A stretch of DNA of 64,000 nt from an uncultured delta proteobacterium. Its GTDB lineage: Bacteria; Desulfobacterota; Binatia; Binatales; Binataceae. Position numbers and translations under genes: made by a program. Positions 21,001 through 32,481 of this stretch are shown piece by piece. The stretch spans positions 320,001 to 384,000 of the forward strand of contig CAWCDG010000004.1 in NCBI GenBank assembly GCA_963794325.1, written 5' to 3'. The notes beneath the pieces were generated by a model. It was given only the letters and a program-made list of their open reading frames with translations, ran no database searches and had not been told where the DNA came from. Each line of letters starts with the position of its first letter. Position 1 is the stretch's first letter.

Positions 21001-22557
21001 TCAGGCAACCTGGCGCGTCGGTTCGACTGCGGGCGCAGCCGGCGCCGCCGGTACGATCTCTTTCGGTATGCGCGCGATCAACTCGTGCAGCGCTTCCGTG
21101 ATTCGCGACTTCATGAAACCCACGTCCGGCATCAGGTTCGGCTCCGCAGTCAGCCCAATGTAGAGATTGCGGTTGTAGCTCAGGATCGCAACTCCGTAGC
21201 CGAGCGTTGCGGTGAGCGGAATCATCCCCACAGTTTCGGCCATCTGATGACCCGCCAGATAGACCGGCACCTGTGCACCCGGGACGTTGGTCGCGATAAA
21301 GTTGATGCCCGTGCCGACCATCGGCGCGAGACGCGCCAGTCGCGGCGCAGCGCCAGCGAGCCGCCCCGCCCCTTCGATAGCCGACGTCAACAAACGCGAA
21401 ACAACCCCGAGCGTTGCCGGCGGAACGTAGTCAAGTGCAGCCAGCAGATTCTCGAACGCGAGTGCCTCCTTGTTGGCCTTGATCTGCGTGGTCTCTTCGA
21501 TAACGGCCTTGAGCCGAGCGACCGCCGACATTGGCTGTGCGCTGAACTCGGGGAACATCATCGACACGCGGTTGCCAAGTTTTCCGTATTCGTCTTTCGC
21601 GCGGACATTCACGGGGCATCCAATTCTGAGCGGCCGCCCCTCGGTGGCGCATCCGTGGAATGCCAGATAGCGCGCTGCTCCTTCGCTCAGGAGAGCCAGC
21701 ACGACGTCGTTGACGGTGCCGCCGAAGGTATCGCGAATTCGCGCGACGTCACGGAGCGGAACTCGCAGCCACGCGATGTGGCGCGCACTGGTCACGGTCG
21801 CGGCATTCCATGGCGCCGCCACGATCGGCTGACCAAATCGACGGATGGTCTGCACTGCCGCGGCCGGCGCGGACACGTCCGCATCCAGATCGCGCAGATG
21901 CGAGATGGTACCGGCGGCGCGGCGCGCCAGCTCGATTCGCGATCGCGCGAAGTCGGTGAGCGCCGAGGCAACCCGTTCCCCGCGGCCCGGAGTCGGCGCC
22001 GCCCTCCAGGGCTCATCTGGAGGCGTCGGCGCGGGAGCATCCGGGCGTGTGCTCGTCGTCGCGGCGAGCAGTTCCATCCCTGAGATTCCATCGGCAAGAC
22101 AATGATGGATTTTGGTAACGATCGCGCTGTGTCCTCCCTTCAGTCCGTTGAACAAATGGAGTTCCCACAACGGCTTGTTGCGATCCAGCGGCTTTTCGCA
22201 GACCTGTGTCACGAGCTTCATCAACGCCGCCTCGGTCGAGTCAGGCGGCATCTCGTGGCAGAAGAGGTGATTGGCAAGGTCAAAGCCGGGGTCGTCTTCG
22301 AGGCTCGGATGAACGAGGTTGAGGGGCGCGAATACGATGCGCTGGCGATAGCGCGGCAGCAGATGCATCCGCGCTTCCATGTGTGCGCGCAGGCTCTTGA
22401 AGTCGATATGGCTGCGGAACGTGGCTAGCATCGCCATCGTCAGCGGCCCATTAGCCGCCTCGCCGTAGAGAAACGATGCGTCCTGAGTGCTGAGCCGAAC
22501 AGATTCCTTGGATGGTGCCATAACGGCTTTCCTCGGCGGCGAGCCTCGCGCCGCCAT
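21001..22557 (-). CDS. Wax ester synthase / diacylglycerol O-acyltransferase (WS/DGAT)
   Basis: RLSTQDASFL, catalytic HHCLADG, TVNDVVLA, TNVPG. The start may be 22521. Confidence 0.92.
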   Translation of the reverse strand: MAARGSPPRKAVMAPSKESVRLSTQDASFLYGEAANGPLTMAMLATFRSHIDFKSLRAHMEARMHLLPRYRQRIVFAPLNLVHPSLEDDPGFDLANHLFCHEMPPDSTEAALMKLVTQVCEKPLDRNKPLWELHLFNGLKGGHSAIVTKIHHCLADGISGMELLAATTSTRPDAPAPTPPDEPWRAAPTPGRGERVASALTDFARSRIELARRAAGTISHLRDLDADVSAPAAAVQTIRRFGQPIVAAPWNAATVTSARHIAWLRVPLRDVARIRDTFGGTVNDVVLALLSEGAARYLAFHGCATEGRPLRIGCPVNVRAKDEYGKLGNRVSMMFPEFSAQPMSAVARLKAVIEETTQIKANKEALAFENLLAALDYVPPATLGVVSRLLTSAIEGAGRLAGAAPRLARLAPMVGTGINFIATNVPGAQVPVYLAGHQMAETVGMIPLTATLGYGVAILSYNRNLYIGLTAEPNLMPDVGFMKSRITEALHELIARIPKEIVPAAPAAPAVEPTRQVA

Positions 22558-22825
22558 CTCGCGACAGGGTCCGCGAGCGCGCGATTAACTTTTTTGGTTC
22601 TGAATTGAGAGACGCAAGAGCCACGCCAAGCGCATCGCCGGACGGAAAATGAATCAAGAGAAAAATGAATCGGTAATGATTGGGTCTTTAGAGTATCAAC
22701 GCGATGCGCGCCGCACCCGCCGCAAGCTCATGTGGTTCCGAAGGTAACAGCGTGTCGCCGATCGAGCCATCTTAAATTCGGGACACTGACGGAATATCGC
22801 TCCTTCAAATATAATTTGGAATGCA

Positions 22826-23842
22826 ATGAAGCGCGCGACGACAGTTCTCGTGATCGTAATCCTTGTCGGCGGAGCGTACGCTGCGGCCTCGTACTTCTTT
22901 CTGAGTCCTACCGAGAAATTTGCGCCGCCGCGCGAAGTCACGATTGAAAAGGGCGAGTCGTTTCGGCAGATCGCGCGGGCTCTCGCTGACGCCGGCGTCG
23001 TGCGGAGCGAGCTTGCGCTGCGTCTATACGGCCGGATGAGCGGGACTGCGAGTCAGATCAAACCGGGCGACTATGCGTTCAAAGGCGAAGAGCGGATTCC
23101 CGACGTGATGCGCCATCTGGTCAAGGGCGATTTTATCGTCGTGACGGTTACGATTCCGGAGGGGCTGTCGGTGCATGAGATCGCGGAGCGGATGGCTGCG
23201 ACCGGCCTGGTCTGCCAGGACGAATTCGAGAATGCGGCGCGCGACGGGCCGATGGTGCGCGCGCTTGGCCTGATGCCGCTCGGTGCGGAAGGTTACCTGT
23301 TCCCCGCGACCTACAAATTTTCGCCGCACGCGAAGACCGACGACGTGCTCGCCGCGATGCTCGCGCGGTTCTACCAGGTCCTGACGCCGCAGGTTGAGCA
23401 GCGGATGTTCGCGGTCGGTCTCGACGCCCGCCGGCTGGTCACGATGGCCTCGATCGTCGAGAAAGAAGCGAAGGCGCCCGAGGAGCGGCCGCTGATCGCG
23501 GGTGTCTTCTACAATCGGCTGCGGCTTGGGATGCCGCTGCAATCCGATCCGACGGCGGAGTATGAACTTGACGGCGCCAAGGAGTCGGCCGTGTCCGCGG
23601 TCCATACCACGTCGGCCTTCAACACCTACGACTTCACCGGCTTGCCACCGGGGCCGATCGCGAATCCCGGGTTGAAATCAATCGAGGCCGCGCTGAATCC
23701 GACGCCGACCGACTATCTCTATTTTGTGGCGCGCGAAGGCGGCACTCACGTTTTTTCGAAATCATACGACCAGCATCGCCACGCGATCGCGCTGGAACGG
23801 AAACCGCCGGCTGCCAAGCCTGCCACAACATCAGCAAAATAA
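22826..23842 (+). CDS. mltG: Endolytic transglycosylase MltG
   Basis: VTIPEG, EGYLFPATY, ASIVEKE, LQSDPT, GLPPGPIANPG, YLYFVA. Confidence 0.95.
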   Translation: MKRATTVLVIVILVGGAYAAASYFFLSPTEKFAPPREVTIEKGESFRQIARALADAGVVRSELALRLYGRMSGTASQIKPGDYAFKGEERIPDVMRHLVKGDFIVVTVTIPEGLSVHEIAERMAATGLVCQDEFENAARDGPMVRALGLMPLGAEGYLFPATYKFSPHAKTDDVLAAMLARFYQVLTPQVEQRMFAVGLDARRLVTMASIVEKEAKAPEERPLIAGVFYNRLRLGMPLQSDPTAEYELDGAKESAVSAVHTTSAFNTYDFTGLPPGPIANPGLKSIEAALNPTPTDYLYFVAREGGTHVFSKSYDQHRHAIALERKPPAAKPATTSAK

Positions 23843-23916
23843 AGTGCTGGATATGCACTTTGGGACCGCCGATTGGACGGTCGCATCTGCGTCGAGTACG
23901 CTATAATTTCTATTCT

Positions 23917-25488
23917 GTGGACAACCCGGTCGAGACAATCGGCGCTGCCAGTGCGCGAATCGCGCGGCTAGCCGCAATGCGCGTGATGCTGTGCGCGGTC
24001 GCGCCGGCGCTCACCGCGATCGCGCTGGGAGCGCTGCTGGAGCCAATCGGCGACCTGACGTGGGCGCGCTACGGATATTCGTTGGCGCCCGATCGCGCCA
24101 CCGAGCTGAGCATCGCGTTGATCGGCGCGGGCCTGGTGGTGCTGGCAGTTGGATTGGTGATGGCATTTCGGGCGTACCGGCGGGCCGACGACTTCGTTGC
24201 GGCCGCTGCGGAGCTCGACGATCTGCTCGAATGCAATCAGGAGATCGTGACGTTCGCCACACTCGCTAATCCGTCAGCGCCGGAGAGCAGCCGTGCAGGG
24301 CGCACGCCCCTGTTCCCGATTCTGTGGCGTCGAGCGATCGCACTGTTCGGCGGCCTGGACGTGCGCCGCGAGTTCAGACTCGAAGTCGGCGAGCCGCTCA
24401 GGCGCTCCTCGATTTTTGCCGGCGTGGTCGCGCTCGCGATGGTGCTGGCGACGTTGGGATTGGTGCGGGCGCCTACGCCAGAAAATAGAGCAGCCGCAAA
24501 GCTGCGCGCGATCGCACAGGAGATAGCCAAGACCGCGACCAGTTCCGACGATACCGCTCTCGCGGACAAGATTCGCGCAGCAGCCGACGCGCTGGAAAAT
24601 TCCAAGCTGCCGCCCGAAGAGAAGAAGGCGCGCATCGAGGAAGCGATGCGGCAGGCTGAGAAGGCCGCTGAAAAACGGAACAACAGTCAGTCTGGAAAGA
24701 ATCAGGGTACCGGCAACTCCAACTCGCAGGCTGGGAAGGGCAGCGGCAACAGCAAGGGCCAGGGCAACTCCTCAGGTACCGGCACCGGCGAGGGCAAGGC
24801 CGGGACCGGCGCCGGTCAGAATGCGGGCGGCAATAACCCGGGCCCGGGCAAAGGTGGCACGGCCAACAATTCAGGCAAAAACGACGGCGAAAAGGGATCG
24901 GCGAAGAACGATAAGAACAATCAGAACAAGAGCGATCAGAACATCAAGCTGCAGGACGAACTCGCCAAAGCCGAAGCGCAAGTCGAGACCGCCAACGCAA
25001 AGAATCCCGGTCCTGAGAGCAAGCCGGGCGACGACAAGAATCAGGGCGGCGCGAACAAGCCTGGCGACAAGTCCAATCAGAACAGCGGCAGCCAGCCGGA
25101 TCCGAATCGACCCGGCGACATTCCTAAGCCCGGCGCCAACGGCGATCGTAATACTCCCGCGGCGGGAGGAAATCCGAAGAACAACCAGGACATGGGCTCG
25201 AACATGGGCGATACGCATCTTGGCGAGATGCCGACGTCCACCAATGCGCAGCGCTTCCTGAAGCCCGGCGAGAAGGGCGCTGGCGTCGATATCAAGGATG
25301 CGCGTTACGTCATGTTTCGGATTCCGGGCGCGCCCGCTTCCGCTAGCGGAGGGAAAACGGTACTCGACACCGATCGGCCCAAGGCGACGACGGCATACGT
25401 CAATGCTCCGCTTGCGCCGACCAGCGACAACGCGCCGCCCGACGAGCGACAACTGGTGCCACCGCGCTACCGGGACATGATTCACTAG
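23917..25488 (+). CDS. Membrane protein with coiled coil and Gly/Asn/Lys-rich low-complexity region (MoxR locus)
   Basis: Three hydrophobic segments, a G/N/K/Q-rich tract and C-terminal VPPRYRD. Start uncertain. Confidence 0.65.
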   Translation: MDNPVETIGAASARIARLAAMRVMLCAVAPALTAIALGALLEPIGDLTWARYGYSLAPDRATELSIALIGAGLVVLAVGLVMAFRAYRRADDFVAAAAELDDLLECNQEIVTFATLANPSAPESSRAGRTPLFPILWRRAIALFGGLDVRREFRLEVGEPLRRSSIFAGVVALAMVLATLGLVRAPTPENRAAAKLRAIAQEIAKTATSSDDTALADKIRAAADALENSKLPPEEKKARIEEAMRQAEKAAEKRNNSQSGKNQGTGNSNSQAGKGSGNSKGQGNSSGTGTGEGKAGTGAGQNAGGNNPGPGKGGTANNSGKNDGEKGSAKNDKNNQNKSDQNIKLQDELAKAEAQVETANAKNPGPESKPGDDKNQGGANKPGDKSNQNSGSQPDPNRPGDIPKPGANGDRNTPAAGGNPKNNQDMGSNMGDTHLGEMPTSTNAQRFLKPGEKGAGVDIKDARYVMFRIPGAPASASGGKTVLDTDRPKATTAYVNAPLAPTSDNAPPDERQLVPPRYRDMIH

Positions 25489-25512
25489 ATTCACGATAAG
25501 GAAGGACAACGG

Positions 25513-26532
25513 ATGGGAGCGGCTCCTCAGCAAATTTCACCCGATCAGCGGGTCGCGGATTTTCGCAAGGTCTTCTCGCGCGCCGAGAGCGAAGTCGCGC
25601 GCGTAATCGTCGGCCATCGCGAGGTCGTGAGAAAACTGCTGACCGCGCTGTTTTGCGGCGGCCATATTTTGATCGAAGGCGTGCCCGGATTGGGCAAGAC
25701 CCTGATGGTCAAGGCGGCTAGCGAGACGCTCGGACTCAGCTTCAAGCGAATCCAGTTCACGCCCGACCTGATGCCCTCGGATATCATCGGTACGCAGGTG
25801 CTGACCGAGGCCGAAGGGCATCGCGAGTTCCAGTTCAAGGAGGGCCCGATCTTCGCGCACATGGTGCTCGGCGACGAGATCAATCGCGCGACTCCGAAGA
25901 CGCAGTCGGCCGTGCTCGAGGCGATGGAGGAGCATCAGGTCACTGTTTTCGGCACCACCTACATCCTCGAACCGCCGTATATCGTGCTGGCGACGCAAAA
26001 TCCGATCGAACTCGAAGGAACCTATCCGCTGCCCGAAGCGCAGATGGATCGGTTCATCTTCAAAGTCGTGATGGGATCGCCTAAGCCCGACGAATTGCGT
26101 GAAATCCTCAACCGCACCACCGGCACCGCGCAGAACAAGATCCAGCCGCTGTTCGATCAAGCGCACGCGCCGCGGGCAATCGAGGATCTCAAGGCGCTGG
26201 TGCGCGAAGTGATGGTGGCGGAGCCGCTCGAGCGGTACATCATCAGCGTGATCGGCGGATGCACTCCCGGGGGCCCCGGCGCGATTCCCGAGGTCTCGCA
26301 ATATCTGCGCTTCGGGCCGAGTCCGCGCGGTGCGCAAGCGCTGATTCTATGCGCCAAGGTTAATGCCTTGCTCGCGGGCCGCGTAAGCGTGGGCTACGAC
26401 GATATCGACGACGCGATCGTCCCGTGCCTGCGCCATCGCCTGCTGCTCAACTTCCAGGCCGAAGCCGAGAGCGTCACTTCCGAATCGATCCTCGAGCAGG
26501 TGATAAAGCGGCTCAAGAAGCCGCGCACGTAG
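25513..26532 (+). CDS. MoxR family AAA+ ATPase
   Basis: EGVPGLGKT, RIQFTPDLMPSDIIG, DEINRATPKTQSA, ATQNPIELEGTYPLPEAQMDRF. Confidence 0.96.
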   Translation: MGAAPQQISPDQRVADFRKVFSRAESEVARVIVGHREVVRKLLTALFCGGHILIEGVPGLGKTLMVKAASETLGLSFKRIQFTPDLMPSDIIGTQVLTEAEGHREFQFKEGPIFAHMVLGDEINRATPKTQSAVLEAMEEHQVTVFGTTYILEPPYIVLATQNPIELEGTYPLPEAQMDRFIFKVVMGSPKPDELREILNRTTGTAQNKIQPLFDQAHAPRAIEDLKALVREVMVAEPLERYIISVIGGCTPGGPGAIPEVSQYLRFGPSPRGAQALILCAKVNALLAGRVSVGYDDIDDAIVPCLRHRLLLNFQAEAESVTSESILEQVIKRLKKPRT

Positions 26533-26534
26533 CA

Positions 26535-27434
26535 ATGTTCGGATTGCCGGACGAGTTTACGCCGGGATTTCTTGCCCGGCTCGAAAAGCTCAGGATTAGA
26601 ACCCGGCAGCGATATGCCGGGCTGGGCCGCGGCATGCACTTGTCGCCCAAGCGCGGATCGTCGCTCGAGTTCAACGACTATCGCCATTACTCGCCCGGCG
26701 ACGACTTCCGCTACATCGATTGGGGACTGTACGGGCGCAGCGACAAACTCTACATCAAGCTGTTTCAGGAAGAGGAAGACCTGCTCACGTACATCTTCGT
26801 CGATGCGAGCGCGTCGATGGGCTATCCGGCGGGTGACCGCAAGTTCGAATCCGCGATGCTGACGGCGCTGGCGCTCGCGTACGTCGCGCTCGCGAGTGGC
26901 GATCGCGTGATGCTGCGGGTGCTCGGCGGCAAGGGCACCAAGGTGAATCCGTCGTTCGTCAACGGGCGGCATCGAATCGTCGAGCTCGCGCGACGTCTCC
27001 AGGATCTCAAGCCCGGCGGGCAGTTCGATTTCGCGACCTCGCTCGCGACCGAGCTGCTCTCGATTCGGCGCGCCGGCAAGGTGTTTATCGTTTCCGACTT
27101 TCTGATGCTGCTCAACTCGGTCACGAAAGGGCTGGGGATGTTCACCGCCGCCTCGATGGACCTTACCGCCGTGCAGATTCTTGGCGGGCGCGAGCTCAAC
27201 GGACAAGGACTCTCGGGCGACGTCGAGGTGATCGATTCCGAATCGGGGGAGCGGCTGCGTGTATCGATTGGCGAACGCGAGCGCACGCAATATCGCGAGA
27301 CGATGCTCCGGCTGACGCGCGAAATTAAATCGTTCTGCCTCAAGCGCGGGCTGCATTACTCGCTCTACACCACCGACAACGACTTCCAGCAGTTCTTCGT
27401 CCGCGCGGTGCGGGACCTCGGCCTGGCGCACTGA
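26535..27434 (+). CDS. DUF58 domain protein
   Basis: GSSLEFNDYRHYSPGDDFRYIDW, VDASASM, IVSDF. Confidence 0.93.
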   Translation: MFGLPDEFTPGFLARLEKLRIRTRQRYAGLGRGMHLSPKRGSSLEFNDYRHYSPGDDFRYIDWGLYGRSDKLYIKLFQEEEDLLTYIFVDASASMGYPAGDRKFESAMLTALALAYVALASGDRVMLRVLGGKGTKVNPSFVNGRHRIVELARRLQDLKPGGQFDFATSLATELLSIRRAGKVFIVSDFLMLLNSVTKGLGMFTAASMDLTAVQILGGRELNGQGLSGDVEVIDSESGERLRVSIGERERTQYRETMLRLTREIKSFCLKRGLHYSLYTTDNDFQQFFVRAVRDLGLAH

Positions 27435-27443
27435 AGAAATCCG

Positions 27444-29252
27444 ATGGGACTCCTCTATCCAGGCGCGCTCGCATTTTTCGCCCTCGTACCGATCCTCGTG
27501 CTCGCATATCTCGCCAAAGAGCGGCCGTCGCGGGTGACGGTCTCCAGCGTGCTGGCATTTCGGGCGCTGCGCGGTTTTCGGCGCGAGCGTTTCGGTGGAT
27601 GGCCACGGCTGGATTGGATGTTCTTCGCCGAGGTTTTGATCCTGAGTCTCGTGGTACTCGCGCTGGCGGGTCCGTTCATCTGGAAACGAACCGCGCCGCT
27701 GGCCGTCGTGATCGACAATTCCGCCGCGATGCAGGCGCTGACGCCTTCGGGCAAGAGCCGTTTCGATATCGCGCGCGAAAAGCTCGACGCCGAGTTGTCG
27801 GCCGAAAATGGCGGCGGCGAAATTTCCGTTTATGTTACCGCGCCGCAGCCGCGTCGCGTCGCGCCGCCATTCACGACGCTGACCGAAGCGCGCCTCGCAC
27901 TGTCGCGAATCAAGCCTACCGACGCGCCTAACGATCAAACCACGCTCGAGAACTTTCTCAGCAACCTCGCGTCGGAAGCGCGCGTTGCGAAGGTGATTTT
28001 TGCGGGCTCCAACGCGCTCGCTGCGCCGGTCCCTGCGCGGATTCATCCGATTGCGGTCGGCGACGCGGTTGCGAATGCCGCGATTGGATCGTTCACACTG
28101 AGGCGCGAAGTCATTGGCGCGGAAGCACTTCATGCGAGTCTGACAATTGCCAACTTCAGTCCTCAAATGCGCACGCTCGACCTCGTCGTGACTGGCGACG
28201 GCAAAACAGTCGCTCACGCCAGGGAGGCGCTCGGCGCGCGCGAGACTGCGACGCTCGAATTCCCCGCGATCCCGCCCGCGCGAATCTACGAGGCGAAACT
28301 CGCGCCCGACGACGCGCTCGCACTCGACAACGTTGCGTACGCCACAGCTGGCTCCGTCAAGAACGTGTCGATTCTTTTCATCAGTCCGACGCCCGCCGAT
28401 TCTGACGGACTGAATTCGATTCCCGGCGTCGCGGTTACCGCAAAGAATCCCGATTCATACTCGCCTGACGAGCTCGGCAACTACGATCTCGCGATTTTTG
28501 AGTACGCAACGCCCAAGGAATTGCCGGCCGTGAACACGATGCTCGTGATGCCGCCGCCGGGCGATCCCGTTTTCGGATTGAGTGTAACGCCGACCGCGAA
28601 AGTCGAGATTGCCGGATGGCACACCACCGACACGCTCACCGACTCGGTGAATTTCCGGCTGCTCAGTCTGCGCGGCGGCGAATATTTCGGGACTCATCCG
28701 TGGATGAGCCAGGTGGTCGGCGGCGACGGCGGCGCGCTGCTGCTGAAGGGCGAGCGCGGCGGGCATCGTTTCGTCGCGACTGGCTTCAATCCGTTCCCAT
28801 ATCTGGGGAAGCGCAACCTTCCGATGTCGGTGCTGACGCTCAACGCGATCAGCTACTTGGCAGGATTAGGCTCGAGCAGCGGCGGCTATCGGACGGGGCA
28901 GCCGTGGCTGGTGCCGGCGGGTGTCAAGCGCGTGATACTACCGTCGGGAAAAAAGAAGGCGGCGCATCCCGGCACGCTCTTCACCGACGTCTCACAGCAG
29001 GGAGTGTATGAACTGGCCGGTCCGGGCAGCGCACAGACGCCGCGCGCGGTGAATCTCGCCGACCTGACCGAGTCCGATCTCTCGAGCTTGCCGCTGCTCA
29101 AAGTCGAAGCGGCAAATTCAGGCTCTGCCGCCGAGCCGTTAATGGAGAAGTCGTCGCTCAGCGATTACCTGCTCCTCGCGATTATCGCGCTGACGGCTCT
29201 GGAAGCGCTCATCGTCTATCGACGCCGCCGAATCATCGAGGCCGCGCCGTGA
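27444..29252 (+). CDS. BatA/VWA domain membrane protein
   Basis: N-terminal BatA-like double TM (LALAGP), VVIDNSAAM degenerate MIDAS, DALALDN and a C-terminal TM. Confidence 0.8.
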   Translation: MGLLYPGALAFFALVPILVLAYLAKERPSRVTVSSVLAFRALRGFRRERFGGWPRLDWMFFAEVLILSLVVLALAGPFIWKRTAPLAVVIDNSAAMQALTPSGKSRFDIAREKLDAELSAENGGGEISVYVTAPQPRRVAPPFTTLTEARLALSRIKPTDAPNDQTTLENFLSNLASEARVAKVIFAGSNALAAPVPARIHPIAVGDAVANAAIGSFTLRREVIGAEALHASLTIANFSPQMRTLDLVVTGDGKTVAHAREALGARETATLEFPAIPPARIYEAKLAPDDALALDNVAYATAGSVKNVSILFISPTPADSDGLNSIPGVAVTAKNPDSYSPDELGNYDLAIFEYATPKELPAVNTMLVMPPPGDPVFGLSVTPTAKVEIAGWHTTDTLTDSVNFRLLSLRGGEYFGTHPWMSQVVGGDGGALLLKGERGGHRFVATGFNPFPYLGKRNLPMSVLTLNAISYLAGLGSSSGGYRTGQPWLVPAGVKRVILPSGKKKAAHPGTLFTDVSQQGVYELAGPGSAQTPRAVNLADLTESDLSSLPLLKVEAANSGSAAEPLMEKSSLSDYLLLAIIALTALEALIVYRRRRIIEAAP

Positions 29253-31827
29253 TTCCCGCCGGCCTGCCGCACGATTTGACGTTTGCGCATAGCGACGTGC
29301 TCTACCTGCTTGCAGTGCCGGCGATCGTCCTGCTCTGGGCGCTTATCAACGCGCGCGAGCTTCGCCGGGTGTTTGCCCCACTGATGCGCGCAGATAGTGC
29401 TCGCGCTGTTCGTGGTTGCGCTCGCGAATCCGCAACAGGTGATGCATTCCGAAGGCGCGGCTCGCCCCGCTATCGTGGACGCTAGCGCGAGTATCACGCC
29501 GGCGATGCGCGCGTGGACGCTCAAGCTGCTGCGCGACGATCTAGGTCTGCGCGCGGGAGATCCCGCATACATGTTCGCGACCAATGCGACGCCGCAATCG
29601 ATCGGCGCCGTCGAATCCGCATTCGCCAACGGAACCGGATGCGCCGAATGCGGGGCGAGCGCGACCAATCTCGCGAGCGCGCTCTATCGTATCGCCGCCG
29701 ATCCCGACGCGCACGGCGGTCCGGCCGTGATGGTGACCGACGGATGGCAAAATCGCGGCGACGCGGACCGCGCGATTAGCGCGATCATAAACGCCGAGAT
29801 TCGCCTCGACATCTTCACGCCGCCGGGCGCGCGCTCGATTCCCAACGTCGCGATGACGGCGCTGTCGCTTCCGCCCGCACTCGAGAAAGCCGCGCCATTC
29901 GAGCTCGGCGTCACGATGGAAAATCTCAACGACGCGCCGGTGACCGGTACGATCACAATCGCGCGCGACGGCGCGGTGATCGATCAGCGCAAAGTGACAC
30001 TGCCGCGCGGCTCCCAGCGCTTCGACTTCCCGGTCCACACCGAAGCCAGTGGCCTGGCTTCGTACTCCGCGACCTACAAGCCCGACAATCCAGCGTACGA
30101 CGCGTACCCCGAAGACGACTCGCTCAAGGGATGGGTTGGAGTGGGAACGCGCCGCAAAGTTCTGATTCTCACCAACAGCGCGAAGGACGCGAACTATCTC
30201 GGCACCGTCGTCGATCGGATGGGCTTCGATCCCACTGTCGTCCCCGTGACGAGCGGTGCGTGGAACGGGACCGTCGCAGGCTACGACGCGGTGCTGATCA
30301 ACAACGTGCCAAGCGAACGGATCGCACCGGCTGCGCAGGAACGCGATGGTGTCGTACGTCAGCCGCGGCGGCTCGCTCGCGATGGTCGGCGGCGATTCGA
30401 GTTTCGGTCTTGGCGGCTACGCGGACAGTCCGCTCGCGACTGTGATGCCGGTGATGATGAAGCCGCCGCAGCACAAGGAAAAGAAACGCGCGCTGGTTTT
30501 GATCATCGACAAGTCCGGCTCGATGGGCCGTAACAACAAACTCACCTACGCCAAGGCCGCGGCCGAGACCGTCACCAAAACTCTCAAGGACAACGACCTG
30601 ATCGGCGTCATCGGATTCGACTCGCAACCGTTCGTCGTAATCCCGCTGCAATCTGTCGGGCAGAGCCGCCCGTATTTCGACCAGATGATCAATCGTCTTT
30701 CCGCGCACGGCCAGACGTTCCTGATTCCCGCGCTGCGCGAGGCCGAGCGCACGCTGGGCAGCAGCAGCGCGCAGGCCAAGCACGTCGTGATTCTCACCGA
30801 CGGCGAGACCGGCGGCACCGCGGAGATGTACTACGACCTCGTCTCGCGGATGCATCATGACGGCGACACGACTATCTCGACGATCGCGGTCGGCCAGGAG
30901 GCCAACGTCGATCTGCTGCAGGCAATCGCGAAGTACGGTGGCGGTTCGTACTATCAGACCGACAGCCCGAGCAATCTGCCGCAGCTATTCGTCGAGGACT
31001 TCAAGTCGCATGGCGGCGAGATCACGATGGTCGAGAAGGAATTCACGCCGCATACCGAAAGGCCCGATGCAGTCCTGAAAGATCTCGCATCGCGCCAGAT
31101 GCCGCCATTGAAGGGTTACGTCTCAACCGAGATAAAACCGAACGCCACGATGGACATGTACGTCGATCGCGCCGACACCCGCGAACCCGTCATCGCGACC
31201 TGGAAATACGGCGCGGGCAAGGTGATGGCGGTGACAACCGACGCCAGCGGCCGATGGTCGGGAACCTGGATCACCTCGAACGTCTTTGCGCCGTTGTGGG
31301 ATCGCCTGCTCGCGTGGATGACACCTGAGATGCCCTCCGAGCCGAAGATCGACGTCGCGCTCGGCTACAACGCGGGGCGCATCAATATCAAGCTTACCGA
31401 CTACAGCGCCGAGCCCGGCAACGCCGCGCGCCTGGTGACCGTGATCGTGACGCGGCCCGATGGAACTCGCACGGAAACTGCGCTGACCGAGGAAGTGGTC
31501 GGCGAACTGTCGGGATCGATCGACGCGCCCGCGCCCGGCAATTACTACTTCGAAGTGCGATCGCCGGCCGGCAAAGACAAAAAGTTCCCGCCGCTCGCGT
31601 TCACCGTCAGCCCGAGTGTCAACGCCGAATTGCCGCGCCCCGAACCCAACTACGGCCTCCTCGAAAAACTCGCATCGGCGACCGGCGGGCGTCTGAATCC
31701 GTCGCCGGCGGAAGTATCGACCGAGCGCGCCACGCTGGAGCGTCGCGTCTCGATGAATCCGTACCTGCTCGTCGCCGCGATGATCTTGCTGATCGGAGAA
31801 GCGCTCGTGCGCCGTCTGACCGCATGA
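29249..31827 (+). CDS. Large VWA domain membrane protein (frameshifts near 29392 and 30338)
   Basis: Three consecutive ORFs join into one protein: VDASAS / VTDG, then LIIDKSGSM / ILTDG, ASATGGR and a C-terminal TM. Confidence 0.8.
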
Positions 31828-32366
31828 AGAAACACCAATCGGTTCACGCGAACCATCGCGTGCAGCGCGACTATCCCGCCAAGGTGAAATTTTGTCCGCT
31901 GTGCGGCGCTGCGGTGGAGTCGCGCGTGCTGATGCCCGAAAACGCCGAGCGCAAAGTCTGCACGCGATGCGGATTCGTGCTGTTCCCGGGACCGAAGCTG
32001 GTCGCCGGATGCTTCGTCATCGACAAGGGCCGCGTGCTGTTACTCCGCCGTGGAATCGGACCGGCACTCGGCAAGTGGACGTTCCCTGGCGGGTACGTCG
32101 ATTTCGGCGAGAACGTCGCCGAAGCCGCGATTCGCGAGACTCGCGAGGAAGTCGGGATGCGCGTCGCACTCGGCCCGCTGCTCGGAGTTTTCAACGATTC
32201 CGCAATCACCGTCATCGTCTATCTGGCCACGCCCGGCAAAGAACCACCTTCACTTTCGGACGAGGCAACCGAAGTCCGCTACTTCGCGCCCGGCGGCATT
32301 CCATGGCCCGACCTTGCCTTCCCCACCACGACTGACGCTCTAACCGCGTGGGTCGCTTCGACCTAA
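31824..32366 (+). CDS. NUDIX hydrolase with N-terminal zinc ribbon
   Basis: FCPLCG...CTRCG and Nudix box GGYVDFGENVAEAAIRETREEVG. Confidence 0.93.
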   Translation: MKKHQSVHANHRVQRDYPAKVKFCPLCGAAVESRVLMPENAERKVCTRCGFVLFPGPKLVAGCFVIDKGRVLLLRRGIGPALGKWTFPGGYVDFGENVAEAAIRETREEVGMRVALGPLLGVFNDSAITVIVYLATPGKEPPSLSDEATEVRYFAPGGIPWPDLAFPTTTDALTAWVAST

Positions 32367-32481
32367 AAACCCCACCAATCGCCTTAGATTTTGCCTCATC
32401 GAGCATTAGCTATACTGACGTGATTATGCTAAATAATTTATCCTGATATCCGGCACCTGCGGCCATTCCGAGACCGAGGAG

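Noticed and set aside
23917-31827. MoxR-DUF58-BatA/VWA cluster as a novel system
   Set aside because: Widespread, already described locus type. Nothing unusual beyond probable sequencing frameshifts.
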